Below, piece by piece: positions 1 to 13,989 of a stretch of DNA of 64,000 nucleotides. The notes under the pieces were generated by a model that was not told where the DNA came from, did no database searches, and was given only the letters and a program-made list of their open reading frames with translations. A program made the translations under genes and the position numbers. Source of the stretch: Euprymna scolopes (taxonomy: Eukaryota); NCBI GenBank assembly GCA_053919585.1, contig CM132802.1; one strand, written 5' to 3'. Position 1 is the stretch's first letter. The number at the start of each line of letters is the position of its first letter.

Positions 1-90
1 GAAGGCGAAACAGCCAAGTTCATAGTAAACGTCAGTGGATATCCTCGACCTCGGGTCACTTGGTGGATTAATGGCAGCCTTGTTGTTGCT
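1..90 (+). CDS. sls: Exon 1 (5' truncated by window), Ig1 N-half
   Basis: EGETAKFIVNVSGYPRPRVTWWINGSLVVA then GTAAGT donor at 91, phase 0. Confidence 0.9.
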
Positions 91-678
91 GTAAGTATTG
101 AAAATCTGGATGCATAAAAATATTTTTTAAGGTGTTGACATAAAAGTTCAAATACAAATCCTGTTTTAAATCTGTTTGCATATTATGATAGAAATTTTTA
201 ATAATATCTGTTGTTGTGGCTTTGAAGGGTCAGTAATAATGAAGACAAACACAGTGGTATGATTAACAAAAGTATATTAACAAAAATATGTTTCAGAAAA
301 TATGTGTCTGATTCTGTGGCTATAACTACCACAAAGCTTAGTCATAACTGTATTTATTGTGTCTATGTAAGTTCATTTATTCTTGAAATAGGTAGATCAA
401 CCTACATCATAACATTTATTAGTAATGAATATAAAGTATCTGTATGTCTGAAGCCAAAACTACACTATTTCAGATTGCTGTGCATTATTTTTCAGATAAT
501 AAAAATTTGATAACTGTCTGTCTGAAGCTGTAACTATGTCACTACTTGCATCACTATTTTTCCTAATTTTTTAAACTTCAGATAATTTATCTGTAAATAT
601 TACACCATTCATCAATATAAATTTCAATTCATGAAAAATGGAGAAACCCGACATAGATGCATACTTCAGCCAGTATCG

Positions 679-679
<1 letters not shown>

Positions 680-734
<55 letters not shown>

Positions 735-1300
735 CGTTTTCTCTGCTAGTTGCAGAACATACATTAACATAGATAAGTGTCCTCCAAGCTTTACGATCTT
801 GGGCCAAGATGTTCGCTCGGTTTATGTTCACGTTCGTCCATTCACAAACGTTGTTTATCCATTTTTACTTTTGTCTATCTTTCACTGGCTTCCTTGGATT
901 ATTCCTTCAACACATATGTTGCGTAGCTCTAGACTAAAACACTTAATGTGACTAAACAATCTCAAGACATTGCATTTTATGACAGAATATTGATGTGATG
1001 CCAATGAGATTTTGCAACTCTGCAATACTCATGTGATCAGATAGTTTTATGATCAGTAATGAAGCGCATTATTTGGTTTGGAAAATTTCTACTTTTGGAC
1101 ATAGTTTTACACTTCAGTTGATACATTCACGTTCATGTAAGACAACAGGAAGGAAATATGTGTTATAGATTTTCACTTCGATTTTGTATGATATCTGTTT
1201 AGAAGTTAGTACGTTTTCTTTGTTCTTATGAAGGCTGTCCAACCTAAAGCTGATTCTGTGGTTTACAGCTGTTTGCCCGGCATTAGATGAAGTCAACTTG
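680..1300 (-). mobile_element. RTE-clade LINE 3' fragment with (TAA)n/(TTA)n tail
   Basis: Minus-strand remnants VEGIIQGS..., AQDRKAWRTLI running into the trinucleotide microsatellite at 680-731. Confidence 0.55.
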
Positions 1301-2382
1301 TGCTAAAAAAACAAAAAACAAAAACACTCTGTAACTTGTTCGATTTGTTGGCCATTGATGCCGATGTTAAGAGGGTTTTTTTTTATCAGTGATCATGCAT
1401 TTAGTCTTGGGCATGTTAATAGAAAAACCAACTTCTTTCCAGTACGTCATAAACTTACCCAGGAATAACTGCAAAGAATAGCTCAGATCAGATTAGACAA
1501 AAGATGGCCGCCAATTAAAAAAAAATACAGAGCTATATTGTTTTGTTTCGAATAACTGCTGCCATAATAACACAGAATAGGAGTGCTGAAAATACATCAT
1601 CTTGCTTTATATCCTTGAGGAACTATATATAGAAAGCATTTAATAATTAGTTATTTTAATTTAGGTTCATTTTAACATGTACAGACAAGTATGTTTTACA
1701 GTAAATCTACCCGTTTTTGGTTATTTAATATGAAGCCCAATATTTATTGTAAACAATTCGTTTTACATTATTAATATATTTATAGCTTTTTTAAACACTT
1801 TATTTCACCCGAAACAAGGCATATTGCCACTGAGATATAAGAGGTCACTGTGATTAGAGGCCAAAATTATGGTGTGCAACCTAAATGAACTAGTATTAAA
1901 TAATTATTATTACTACTATTAAATAATTTTAATTTTTCTTTTGCTATAAAAATTTTAAAATTCATAGCTTTCTCAATTATAGATTTGTAACAATTTCTTC
2001 TCCTTCTTCTTCTTCTTCTTCTAGACAGGTATATTAACTAGTAATAAATAAATAAATAAAATAGTAGTTAATTAAAAATATCAATAAACAAACTTATACA
2101 ATTATTACTTTGTATGAATAATGAAAAAAAAACTGTATTAAAAGTATACCATTTAAAAAAGATAATGTAAAATAACATAATTAAAATTTTTTTTTCTTTT
2201 TTCTCTTCCTTTTTCTTCTTCATCATAGACGGGAAATTTAGCTCGTAATTAGCCAAACAATAATCATAAAAAATAATAAATGAACCACACTAATCTTATG
2301 AGATGTGTGAACATAATTCCATTAAAGACCATGAAAATTATTAACATGATTTCAAAAAAAAATTTTTTCTTCTTCTTCACAG

Positions 2383-2569
2383 GGAAGTCGTTTCAGAGTT
2401 AGATACGACGGAATGATCCATTATCTTGAGATTCCTAGAGTCAGAGAGTATGATACTGGTCAGATTCGAATTTTTGCCAAAAATCAACAAGGCGAAGCTG
2501 AAGCAATTACAGTCCTGAAAGTGATACCCAAAGAAGACTGGCGCTCTCGTCTGAGACATGCTCCTCAAG
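2383..2569 (+). CDS. sls: Exon 2, Ig1 C-half
   Basis: ttcttcacAG acceptor; GSRFRVRYDGMIHYLEIPRVREYDTGQIRIFAKNQQGEAEA...RHAPQ; G|gtaaat; phases 0-1. Confidence 0.92.
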
Positions 2570-3470
2570 GTAAATTATTGACTCCTCTGTTATAGATTGA
2601 AGCAATTTGTATTTACACAGGAATTTATGTTGCTCTAAAAAATTGCCCTAGCATATTATTATATAGGTAATAATACACTCGGGCAATTTCAGGCGCATAA
2701 TATTATCAATAGCAAAGCAACAATTCCAATAACTTCCCTCGTTCAGAAACAATTACCAATTCTTAAAAAAAACTCTAAATATTTAATTATAGAGTTGTTT
2801 TTTTTTTTTTTTTTAAATTTTAATTACCATAAAAACCTGTGTAATATGTGCATATATTTTCGCAAAAGTACACGTAGACTTCTGGGAGGGGATGATCTAT
2901 AAATTTTACTTTCATTGGTAGTTTAAAATTAATAAATATTTAACATTTTATCATTAGTACCAGTAATAAGAAATAAAGTTTTAAACAAAAACATGCAAAA
3001 CAAAAGATTTTTAAATCGATTTCAGTGTCAGAATCTGAAAAAATTGTAGGGCCCAATCTGCTATTAAGTGTTAGGCCGTCCACTGTTTTTCGGATGTGAA
3101 AACAAGCAAATCAGTATCTAAATGGGAGTAGGGCTAAGGGGAATGTGTTTTTTGCCTATTAGTATAGTCTTATGTTATTTTTTTATGAAATAGTACATCA
3201 AAGCAAGTAACTGCTACACTAGCATATCACTAAACAAAGTATTTAAACAAAGTCCACAGGGCTGCGAATAAACAAAAATACCACAAAGTAAAAAAAAATA
3301 TAATATTTACTAAATATGCTAATGTCGCTAAAAGTTACATATTAGTTACAGGTATAGAGATTTTCCTCCTTTTTCAATATAGTGCATATATTATTAATAT
3401 GTAAATGTCGTTTGACTGCTATTATAAAACAGGATTAAAATTCTCATAAAAAAATACTTCTATTTTGTAG

Positions 3471-3587
3471 AAGATCTACAGGTTGAGTTGGAACGTCGAA
3501 AACGAGTGGAGCTTCGTAGTGCGGAGCTAAAAACAGCCCAAGTGAAAAGCACCTTATCAGCCTTTGAGTTGAGCATGCTCACACATG
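3471..3587 (+). CDS. sls: Exon 3, linker
   Basis: tattttgtAG; EDLQVELERRKRVELRSAELKTAQVKSTLSAFELSMLTH; G|gtaagg; 117 nt, phases 1-1. Confidence 0.8.
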
Positions 3588-5027
3588 GTAAGGACATAAT
3601 GGTTTTCATTATTTTTTTTTATATACAGAACATTTGCTTAATCTGATTAATTCTGTATCAACTGTTATCTTAATCAATGATAATCTTTTTTATACATGTG
3701 ACAATTATTAATTCAAAATAAATGTTAAAAAAGTAGCATTGAATAAAAAATTTAAAAAGCATAAGGATAAAACCAAAGGCAAAAAGAATTTCTTGAGAAT
3801 AAACACAAAAATAGAGAAGCTTTGACGTCTTTCTTTTGCATTTGAAATGTGGCTGTCAAAATGGCCTAACAGTAAGAAGTTTGAAATGGATTTACTTGGG
3901 TACAGGTACAGGTTAGTGGATTTGCTTGGGTAAGGCGTTCCAAGCTTGGACTAGTGGTACACTTACATCAATCACACTGAGAATTTTTATTAAAAATATA
4001 ACTTATATGTTTGTAGTTCTTAGCTATTTGAATGACTCAGCAATTTTACACAGCAGTGAATGTAAACAAAGTACCAAAACCTTATTAGCGTTATCTGATG
4101 AATCTCTCATGGCATGAAACTAGTGGTCATGACTGAATAAAAAAAATAGATAATTTATTTGATTAATATGATATATATGAGCATGAAATACTAGTGTCTG
4201 TAGGTATAGAAATAATAATTACTATTTATAATTATTAGCCTCTTTAAGATTATTACAGTTGAGCACTGTCTGAGAAATAAAAACAAAAAGCAGTCAACTA
4301 GTGTTATGCAACGTTCATGATTTCTGCTTATTTGAACCATCTTGACTGTTTATTGTTGTGCCTGCATTTGGCATTTATAGGTGTTAAATTTCCCTTAATT
4401 CCATGGCAATTGTTAGTGGCTCAGAAGTAATATCTTAGCAAGTGAAGTTAAAGGAGACTTTGTAGCTGGATTCAAATCTTCCGACCAGTAGGAATTGTCA
4501 CTTCCTATACTGATGATTGTGAAAGCATGAAAGACTAATGTCTGTAGGTCTAAAAATAATTTGGATGCATTTGGATTTTAGATAGGCTTATTGCCATTCA
4601 AATTCCAGAAAAGACTAATTGTTAAACAGCTGTGCTATAATGAAAAATGATTTATAATAGTTATTAAAAAATGTGTGGAGCACTGCACCTTAGACTAACA
4701 CAAATTTCGCAGGAAAAGTGGAGTCTGTTTTTCAGCCACTAACTAAAGAGAAGTAACTTTGATGTTTTTCAAGGATTTAATTTCACTTCCTTGAAAACTC
4801 TATATAAGGAGGAGTTGTGTGTGTGTCGAGAGAGAGGAGTGGACTAGGTAAAGAAGAAAAAGAAATGGGAGGAGAAAAACGGGAGAGGGGGAAAGAGAGA
4901 AAGATAGAGAAGAGATAGAAGTCTTAATAGAAATATATTACATTTTATTCTCGGCAATGCTGGGTAGCTCTACTATTATATATTGATAATGTTGGGATGT
5001 AATGTTTATACTGTTTTCTTTTAACAG

Positions 5028-5250
5028 AATCAACTTTCCGAAAGGACACAAGCGATGTGCATCTCCAAAAACTCCTTGTTGAAGAAGAAGAAGAAAGAAA
5101 GAAAAGGCAAACATTTACCACAACAAAACAAATCGAGTTTATTGAGAAAGAGATAAGCGAGCCAAGTCATTTACCTGCAACAAAGGAAGAACCACCGGTT
5201 TTCATTACTCCTCTCTGCCCAACCAAAGTTCCAGAGGGCAAACCTGTTAG
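5028..5250 (+). CDS. sls: Exon 4, linker plus start of Ig2
   Basis: ttttaacAG; ESTFRKDTSDVHLQK...EEPPVFITPLCPTKVPEGKPV; AG|gtattg; phases 1-2. Confidence 0.88.
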
Positions 5251-5309
5251 GTATTGGTTAACTTGATTATATATGTGTAATAATTATTACTAACCAGCAC
5301 AGCGTTACC

Positions 5310-6222
5310 AGTGTTGGCAAAGAGAAGAGTCTATAAGACATGTGCATGCAGTGTGATGAGATGTGAATGTAAAACCAGGCGAGCGAGGGTTGAAAACATG
5401 CGTTGCATGGAGATAAATGATATGAAATAATATGTTGGATGTGTAATGGGCTGAGGACATGCGAGAAAATTTGATACGAGAATGATAAGTTATAAGGATA
5501 AGCACAGATCTGATGAACTCAGAGGAGAATTAAATCTGGACAGTATAGAGAGATGCATGCAAAAGAGTAGACTTTGATGGTATGGTCAGGTAGAAATAGT
5601 GCATTTGATCAATAAATGTAGACAGTTGAGGTAGCAGGGTCAGTTCACATAGGAAGGTTAAGAAAAACATGGGAAAAAGTGATAAAAATGGACTTTTAAT
5701 TTCTGTGGAATATTTTAAAGAGATTTTAGATAAAATAATAAAGGTATAACCTTCCATTGAAAATTCAAATATTTCAGATTCACATTACATTTGATCCATA
5801 GTCATTAGATTTAAATTAAACAAGATTCCCTAAACTTTAATTTCTTCTAAAGATTTCTTATGGTTAAATCTTAAATCAAAATCATGTTATGGATTTTGAT
5901 CAAAATTGGAATAAGTTGTCTAGACATAAGGTTTAGTTGGACAGACAAGGGAGATGCATATAGAACAAGAGGCTTCAATGGCATTGCCGTGTTGAAAGAC
6001 TGGATGATTGTGCTTGGATTAGCACACATAGAACAGTTAAGGTAGTATGTTTAGTTCACAAGGAAAAGCCAAGAAACATGGGAGGAAGTGATAAGGATGG
6101 GATTGAGAGAAAGGAGGATAAATAGAGATCTGGCCAGAGATAGATTAGTTTGTAAGTCGATTTCTTAAAGATATCCAACATATGGAAGCATGTAAAATGG
6201 GTGTTATGATGATGATGATGAT
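5310..6222 (+). mobile_element. RTE-like LINE 3' fragments (two adjacent) with (GAT)n tail
   Basis: Similar to 46995-47430 and 7500-7760 (WMCN...ELRGELNLDSIERCMQ...WYG). Confidence 0.55.
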
Positions 6223-7499
6223 TGTAACAATCGGTGGCCAAACACATATGGATGTATATGATGCCTTTCTTGATAATGAAGCTACTTGGGTGACATGTTG
6301 AATGTTGCTGGTGGTTGAACATTCTCTAACAATACAACAGCAAGTAATGATAATCCACTCACAAACACTACCAATTGAATGCTGGTGGTGGTTGCGAATG
6401 TGCTTTTACTTCTCAGTGTTGTGCTGCTTAAGGGAAGGTTCAAGAATCTGCTGCCAATCTTTTCATCTTAACATTTTCTTCAAGATTATGAAGCAAAGTC
6501 TTTTCAGCCTATGTTTGCGCTACCATCTTGGCAGCGTAGTGAAATATATATCAAATATCAAATCAAATACATCTGATCTGCACTGATTTGATGTAACGAC
6601 CATATTATGATCAGAAGCTGAATGTGTGCAAAAAAAATATCCCATCAACTGTGTTTTATCATAAACTTGGTATTTTGTGTGATTAACAACAACAGGTTAA
6701 GATGGGAAGAAGCTCACAAAAGTTGCCTCATGCAGTTCGCACATGCAAGATCAAATTTAATTATCATTGCCTAACACTAGAAGAGTGCATTCTCCGTTGG
6801 TAAGTAAAGCTCATGAGAGATAATTTGGATCTGGTCCTAGAGAGATAACTCCAAAACTGCCAAAAATGATATGCACTTTGGTGCTGTGGTTTATTTATTA
6901 TTACTTCTTAATTGCTTTTTGACTTGACTTAAATAACTCCAAAAAGATGGTGCAGCAATAAATTAGAAGAAAAAAATTCCTTCAGCTAGGCTCTATTAAA
7001 AGTTTGGTATTGAAGAGATTAAGTATGCTTACATGCTCAGTATTTCTAATGGTTTTGCCATGTACAGCGTGCCATGTCTTATATCAACTTCCTTGGATAC
7101 CATAGACACTAAGAAATGTGGCAGACCAAAGAAGACCTGTAAGAAGGGATTTTACTGCATGCAGCATGATTGATATCAATCCTTTGCACGGACCACATGG
7201 AAAGCAGGAGAGAGATGTTTCCTGGCGTTGCCCCACCCTGAAATTCTGGGACACTAGTAGCACCTCTATGTACCAAAAACAGATGATAATAATGATAATT
7301 AAAGTTAAAAACTTTTCAACTTAATTTTTACATTTGCTTTTAAGTTTTGTTATCTTGTTGATGACATTAAAGCTTAGGCAGAGTCATGTGTTAGTGTGGT
7401 TGCAAGAGTTAAGAGTGAATATTTTCAGTTCAAGAACTTCTGCCATTACTGACCAATAGAGCATTACCCCTCTCAACCAAGAGAAGAGTTTATCAGACT

Positions 7500-7760
7500 T
7501 GTATATGCAATGTAATGATGCATAAAAGTGAAATCTGGTTAGTTACAGTAAAGGATCTACTTTGTTATGAGAGAAATGAGATGAGACTGATATGATGGAT
7601 GTGTAATGTGAATCTTAAAGACAGATTTAAATCTTGTGACTTCAGAGAAAGTTTAAATCTGAACAGTATAAAAAGATGTGTATAGAACAGGAGACTTCTA
7701 TAATATGACCATGTGGAAAGTGGATGAAAGTTCTTCGGCTAGTAGATGTGAGTCAGTTTA
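7500..7760 (+). mobile_element. RTE-like LINE fragment
   Basis: RNEMRLI*WMCNVNLKDRFKSCDFRESLNLNSIKRCV*NRRL remnant. Confidence 0.55.
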
Positions 7761-7800
7761 ACACTAATGACCTACCTTGGAGTATCTGCAAGATGTATTT

Positions 7801-7851
<51 letters not shown>

Positions 7852-8356
7852 CAGCAGTTTATTATTTTTACATATTTTAAAATTAAAATTTAGTTTTTAG
7901 TTGTTCTGCTGACAAATGATTTTCTTTTTATTAAAAATTTGTGCTGAATAAAAATGTTCACGGTTATAAAATGTACTTTAATAATTTTAAATTACTATTA
8001 TTTCTATAATTTCTTTTAATAAGATTCAATTCTTATGACATAACTAAAATAAGATTTTCGAAATTTCAAAATTAGTAAAAATGTGAATACAGTAAACACA
8101 ACTAATAATTGTAACTGTAAAGCCAGAAATAATTGTCCATGAAATAATAATTTCATGAAAAATTATGTACTTTATGGATGCGTTTTTAAATCAAATAATG
8201 ATAATAATGATAACACTAGATTATTATTGATTACATAAGAGGACATACTATTTAAATAAGGATCGATTAGTTTACAAAATGCCAGTAACAGACATGCATT
8301 AAATTAATTTTGATTATAAAGTAATTGGTATAAATTTAAAAACTTACTTATTTCAG

Positions 8357-8444
8357 CCTTGAAGTGAAATTCAGTGGCAATCCTCCTCCAATTCTGACAT
8401 GGTACCGAGATGATTTTGAAATCCATTCATCATGGGATTTCCAG
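8357..8444 (+). CDS. sls: Exon 5, Ig2 middle
   Basis: tatttcAG; SLEVKFSGNPPPILTWYRDDFEIHSSWDFQ; CAG|gtaaaa; phases 2-0. Confidence 0.9.
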
Positions 8445-9476
8445 GTAAAAATGATTTATATTATTTTTTCTATCATTTTAATAACAAACTAAAAAAATAA
8501 TCAATGGACGAAGTATAAAACACATTTATTAAAGAAAGTTACAGATTAGAAAATGACGTAGAAGCTGCTGGATTGTAAAATGATAATGTCCATATTTGTG
8601 AGGCATATTAGTTTATCTCTAATGGTCATCTTATTCCAAGGGCAGATAATTCTCTCTTCATGGGTGTAAAGAAAATAACTCTACTTTTGCATATTGTTTC
8701 AGACTGAGCGCCTAACAACAGATTTTGTGAAAGCTATTTTGTATAAACTTATTATAAAATTGAAAACTTAACCTCAAACTTTTTTATAATTCATCTTCAT
8801 TATTGGCATAAATTAGTGAAATTTTTTAAATGATTCTATTAAATATATTTTTGAACAATGTGTAAGTAATTTATAACATTTAAAAATCTTGTCTATTTCA
8901 AATGAACTAGTTAATACCTGCTTCTTGAGTGTTGTTTATATAGTACCTGGGTATGTCAATTTCCATCCATTGTATAGGATTTGCTACCCTACATAAAAGA
9001 ATAGTTGCGGCTTTCTTATAAATCAGCTGTCAGAAAGACAATATATAGGTTTGTGATCTGAATTCATATCCATATAAATTTATACCAGTCAAAGATACGT
9101 CTCCAACAATCAGTCCGACTGACCCTGCTCTCTCGGACTAAAGTATTTGTTCTGAGTCCACCCAACCAGGACTTCCCTTCTCTCTTTGAGAAAGGGGTTG
9201 GTTTATTGCCAATTGCCTAAGACCTTTCTACCAGAATGTTGATGGAGTTGCTCAGGCATTTTTTGCAGGGCCTGAATGTGCTACCCTATAATCTCCACCT
9301 CTCAGGTCTTATGTCACAGCTCACTAATTTTTAGTTACAATTTTTAGTTCTATATTTTTAAAATAAATATTCTCCTCGGGTGGCCCTTGGTTTTGATAAG
9401 CGATGACCTTCTAGTAAAAATAAATGAACTTTTGTTGTAAAACAATTTCATCATGACTTTTGAAATTTATTTTCAG

Positions 9477-9606
9477 ATTCGAATCACTGAGACAAGCAGT
9501 ACTCTTCACATTTCTGAGGCCTTTCCTGAAGATACTGGCATGTATACTGTGAAGGCCTATAATAAATATGGCATGACCCAGTGTAAAGCCAAACTGACTG
9601 TATTAG
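9477..9606 (+). CDS. sls: Exon 6, Ig2 C-part
   Basis: ttttcAG; IRITETSSTLHISEAFPEDTGMYTVKAYNKYGMTQCKAKLTVL; G|gtaaga; phases 0-1. Confidence 0.92.
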
Positions 9607-10020
9607 GTAAGAACAAATATAATTTATTATAATTTTTTACGTTGGGTTTATTTTATTGTTTCTCTAGAGTATGGTGTGGTTTGGGTGCACCCTACCCCCT
9701 CCTAATGGTAAAGTTTACAAAAATAAAAATAATGTGACCATTTTACTCACTGTTTCCTATATTACTAACACTTGTGTGAATCGACCCAGTTAAAATTTTA
9801 TTATGTAACTCAAAATTTGATGCAGAGCAATTCTTTTTTCTGTTAAACTTTCTATACCTTTTTTATTTTAAAAATTGTTTTGTGTAGGGAAGAGGTGAGT
9901 TAGGGGAGTACAACCTATAAATGATAAAGTTTATAAAAGACAAATGTGCTCATGTTACTCATCGTGTTACCTGGAACATATATTCTATAATTAGTCATAA
10001 TCAGTACATTACTTTAAGAG

Positions 10021-10164
10021 NNNNNNNNNNNNNNNNNNNNNNNNNNNNNNNNNNNNNNNNNNNNNNNNNNNNNNNNNNNNNNNNNNNNNNNNNNNNNNNN
10101 NNNNNNNNNNNNNNNNNNNNNNNNNNNNNNNNNNNNNNNNNNNNNNNNNNNNNNNNNNNNNNNN
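10021..10164. other. Assembly gap
   Basis: N run. Confidence 1.
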
Positions 10165-10424
10165 TATATAAATATAAATAAACATTGTAGCCTATGCAGA
10201 TTGATCAATGTTTCAACATTTTCATGTCTTGTCAGGACTCCAAGTGAATCTCGAGTGAATTTCACAGTCAGAAAATAAAAATAAAATTTTACCAGAAATC
10301 CCTTTATATAATTCTATTTATATAAAAAGCTCTATACTCGTATTAAGCACTTTTGAAAAAAAAATTGTTTTTTGTTCATGTTAACAATATACCTGAACTT
10401 AATCAATTACATATATATGTATAT

Positions 10425-10625
10425 GTAGAACCCCGGGATACAGCATACAGCATTAAAAATTAGTAAACAAAATACAGTACATATGTATATAATCAAATAA
10501 CAGTATAAATAACAGCGTAAGGTGGGGCAAATACCGTAACCAGGGGCCGGAAAAACATCGTATTCCACATCGTAACCTGAAAAAAAAAACATATCCTAGG
10601 GCCACCGTATTTTGGGGTCCGACTG
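10425..10625. mobile_element. MITE, copy 1
   Basis: TIR GTAGAACCCCGGGATAC / GTATTTTGGGGTCCGACTG; homologous to 29804-29992. Confidence 0.7.
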
Positions 10626-10894
10626 CATATATATATTTAGAGGCTCACCCCTAAATGATAAAGTTTACAAAAAATGCATACCTATGTAACTATGTAACTG
10701 TTTCCTATAATCTATATTTTATTATTCATAATGATTGGTCTATCAATTTAAAAGTGAATCCTGTATATAAAAATAAATATAAAACATACACACATACTTA
10801 CGTTTATATATAGAAAGTAGACATAATTTTTTTTTTTTTTTTTTTACATTTATCTATGAAATAATTGCATCTTGAACATTAATTTCATTAACAG

Positions 10895-11031
10895 AAGAAG
10901 TTGATACTGTTCGAGAAGTTTCTCCAGAGTTTCGCAACTTGCTTCGCGATACCAAAGTTGTGGTTGGTGAACCTGCAACATTTGATTGTGAGGTTACTGG
11001 TAAACCAAAGCCGGAAGTTTATTGGCAAAAG
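10895..11031 (+). CDS. sls: Exon 7, Ig3 N-half
   Basis: ttaacAG; EEVDTVREVSPEFRNLLRDTKVVVGEPATFDCEVTGKPKPEVYWQK; AAG|gtaagc; phases 1-0. Confidence 0.92.
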
Positions 11032-11269
11032 GTAAGCAACATTTTAAATCTGACAGATGTGGATTGATAATTTAGATCATGCGGAATATTTTTCTTATCT
11101 TGGTCATTATATTGACAACGTTTCGACTGATAAACTACAATCTTCTTCAGGAGCATTCTTTCGAACATGGGAACATTCTAGTTAAACTTGATTATGTTTA
11201 TGCTAAATTTTAGAAGCAGCACAGAATTTCCAACTGTACCCTCTAGTTAATTCGTGGAGGTAAATTGTT

Positions 11270-11800
11270 ATCATAATTTTGTTAATTTAAATTGTTCTTA
11301 GTTATTATTAGTGTTAATTAATGCTAATTTATTATTCTCAATTTTCATGTGTTAATTTATGTTATTCTTAGTGATTTTTAGTATTGATTTAAATTATCCC
11401 TTGTTATTATTAGTGTTAATTTAAGTTTTCCATTAGTTATTATTAGTGTTAATGTATGTTATTCTAATTATTATTAATGTTAATTTAATCAATTCTTAGT
11501 TATTATTAGTGTTAATTTAAGTTTTCCATTAGTTATTATTAGTGTTAATGTATGTATTGATGTATGTTATTCTAATTATTATTAATGTTAATTTAATCAA
11601 TTCTTAGTTATTATTAGTGTTAAGGTATGATTTAATTCATTATTCTTGTTAGTTGTGTAAATTTAAGTGATTATTCATTATTTGTGTTTATGTGTTAAGT
11701 TATTCTAATTATTATTATTGTTAGTTTATGCATTATTTCAAGTAATTCTTAGTTATTATTAATTTATGTGTTAAATTATATTATTCATAACTATTATTGC
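11270..11800. repeat. AT-rich minisatellite
   Basis: Repeating TTAGTTATTATTAGTGTTAATTTA-like units. Confidence 0.8.
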
Positions 11801-12011
11801 CTATATTAATGATTGAAGAGTAGTTTTAACAACAAGTTCTAAGTGATAATCTTCTGGAGGTTGCAGGTTCAATCCTTACTAAAATTAAAAATCTGATAAT
11901 ATATTTGTCCACTGAGAATGATATTACTGTATTATAATTTCTGTTCAATGATTACCAAGTTTATCTTAGCCTTTTCTTTATAATATAAATTTTCTTTGTT
12001 TTTTTTCATAG

Positions 12012-12177
12012 AATGGCAAAAATATGCCCGAAAGTCCCAGATGGAAATTTATCCATGAAGATAATCACTACACACTTCTCATCTTTGAAGTACAACCTGA
12101 AGATGCAGGGACATATGCATGTGTTAGCATTAATGCAAGTGGTAAATCTACTTGCACTGCCAAGCTTTTGGTTGATG
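12012..12177 (+). CDS. sls: Exon 8, Ig3 C-half
   Basis: tttcatAG; NGKNMPESPRWKFIHEDNHYTLLIFEVQPEDAGTYACVSINASGKSTCTAKLLVD; G|gtaagt; phases 0-1. Confidence 0.92.
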
Positions 12178-12208
12178 GTAAGTTGGAAAGATTTTGTTTA
12201 TATTTTTT

Positions 12209-12269
<61 letters not shown>

Positions 12270-12645
12270 TTGTAAGAAGATATACTGTAGTAACAGGTTT
12301 TTCAATATAGTAAGAATAATGAAATCAATAAGATTTGGATATTTTCTAATAATATTTTAAATATTTGTAATGAACAAATTTCGTTTTATTGCGATTTTGG
12401 AACAATTCATTTTTAAATGGGTAAAGCTGAATTTTTACTTTAGTGATAAAGAGTTGTATGTCATTTTTTTGTGTGTGTGTTTCACTTTATTTTATTTTTT
12501 TTGGCAATCAAATGATTGATCTCATTTTTAATAAGGTGTGGAATGTTATAACATCCGTGCAAACATTGATTATATTTTTTTTTTATTTCATAATTATTTA
12601 AACAATTTTATTTTGATAACCATTGTTATTTTTATTTTAATGTAG

Positions 12646-12795
12646 AAACATTAGTGAAGAAGGAATCTCATGCTTCACTCAAACTGGCCAAGAAGATACA
12701 AGTCAAGATTCCATCTGTACTGGAAGTTCCAGAAAATAGGACTGTGCCAGAAAGTGAAAGCGTAACATTCAGATGCAAAATTGTTGGAACACCAG
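12646..12795 (+). CDS. sls: Exon 9, Ig4 N-part
   Basis: aatgtAG; ETLVKKESHASLK...PSVLEVPENRTVPESESVTFRCKIVGTP; G|gtaatc; phases 1-1. Confidence 0.88.
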
Positions 12796-12989
12796 GTAAT
12801 CATTTTTATTTTATATAATAAGTATTTTTAAATCTTTAATATATTAACTGGTTATGGTTTAACCATAATCAATGGATTATAACATTATTAGCAGATTAAA
12901 AATATTTTACATTTTTATTTATTATGCAATACAATAGGAAACGAATTTTATCTAGCTGATAAATTCAATATTCCTGATGTAAGAAACAT

Positions 12990-13590
12990 AATTCACGATC
13001 ACTTTCACTGATAGCGTTTCTCTAGTAATGTACATATTTACTGTTTCACCGTTTTTTTTTTTTTGGTTGATATTTACATTACATTTTTCATATTCTTTTT
13101 TCGTTACATTATATGCATAAATATTGCTTGTCCCAAAATTTATTTACCTTTAAACAAATACCGATTATTTCACACTTTGATTAATACTTAAATAAAAATC
13201 CGTCTAACATATGTGGTAACGAACAATATCGTTTTACCCATTACTACAGTTCTGGGCTACCATACACCTTTCACCTATTATTAAGAAGATTTGAATAAAT
13301 GTTTATAAAAATAAAATTCCTACAATTTTAACATCAATTTTATTTTGTATTAACCTTCATTTTCCTAAAATAATCAATAAAATCTTTAGCCTCTTCCATT
13401 AGACTTTTTTTAATTGGCCATCCAAAACAAAACAGTTTCTAGTTGCTTAATTATCACATTTTTATATTTGATTAAGTAAATTTGAATATATATTAAAACA
13501 GTTATCTATATTTTGGAAGTTATATGGTTTTAAAGTTCATCCTGTTATTATAATCCCGTGTATTCTTGGTATCAGCAGCACACACACTTA
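12990..13590. repeat. Unclassified dispersed repeat, second copy ~17190-17755
   Basis: Collinear shared blocks (AAATATTGCTT, AAACAAATA.CGATTATTT, GCTACCATACACCTT, AACATCAATTTTA, CTCTTCCA). Confidence 0.6.
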
Positions 13591-13598
13591 TTTATGCA

Positions 13599-13648
<50 letters not shown>

Positions 13649-13729
13649 CACATGTATACATACGCACAATATAAATATATAAACATGTATGTATAGACAC
13701 ATGCATACATATGTATACATAAATATATG

Positions 13730-13775
<46 letters not shown>

Positions 13776-13802
13776 TGTATGCATAACTATATATATATAC
13801 AT

Positions 13803-13989
13803 NNNNNNNNNNNNNNNNNNNNNNNNNNNNNNNNNNNNNNNNNNNNNNNNNNNNNNNNNNNNNNNNNNNNNNNNNNNNNNNNNNNNNNNNNNNNNNNNNN
13901 NNNNNNNNNNNNNNNNNNNNNNNNNNNNNNNNNNNNNNNNNNNNNNNNNNNNNNNNNNNNNNNNNNNNNNNNNNNNNNNNNNNNNNNNN
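13803..13989. other. Assembly gap
   Basis: N run next to (TA)n. Confidence 1.

Noticed and set aside
571-951. Poly-Asn and poly-Ile ORFs
   Set aside because: Translations of a (TAA)n retroposon tail.
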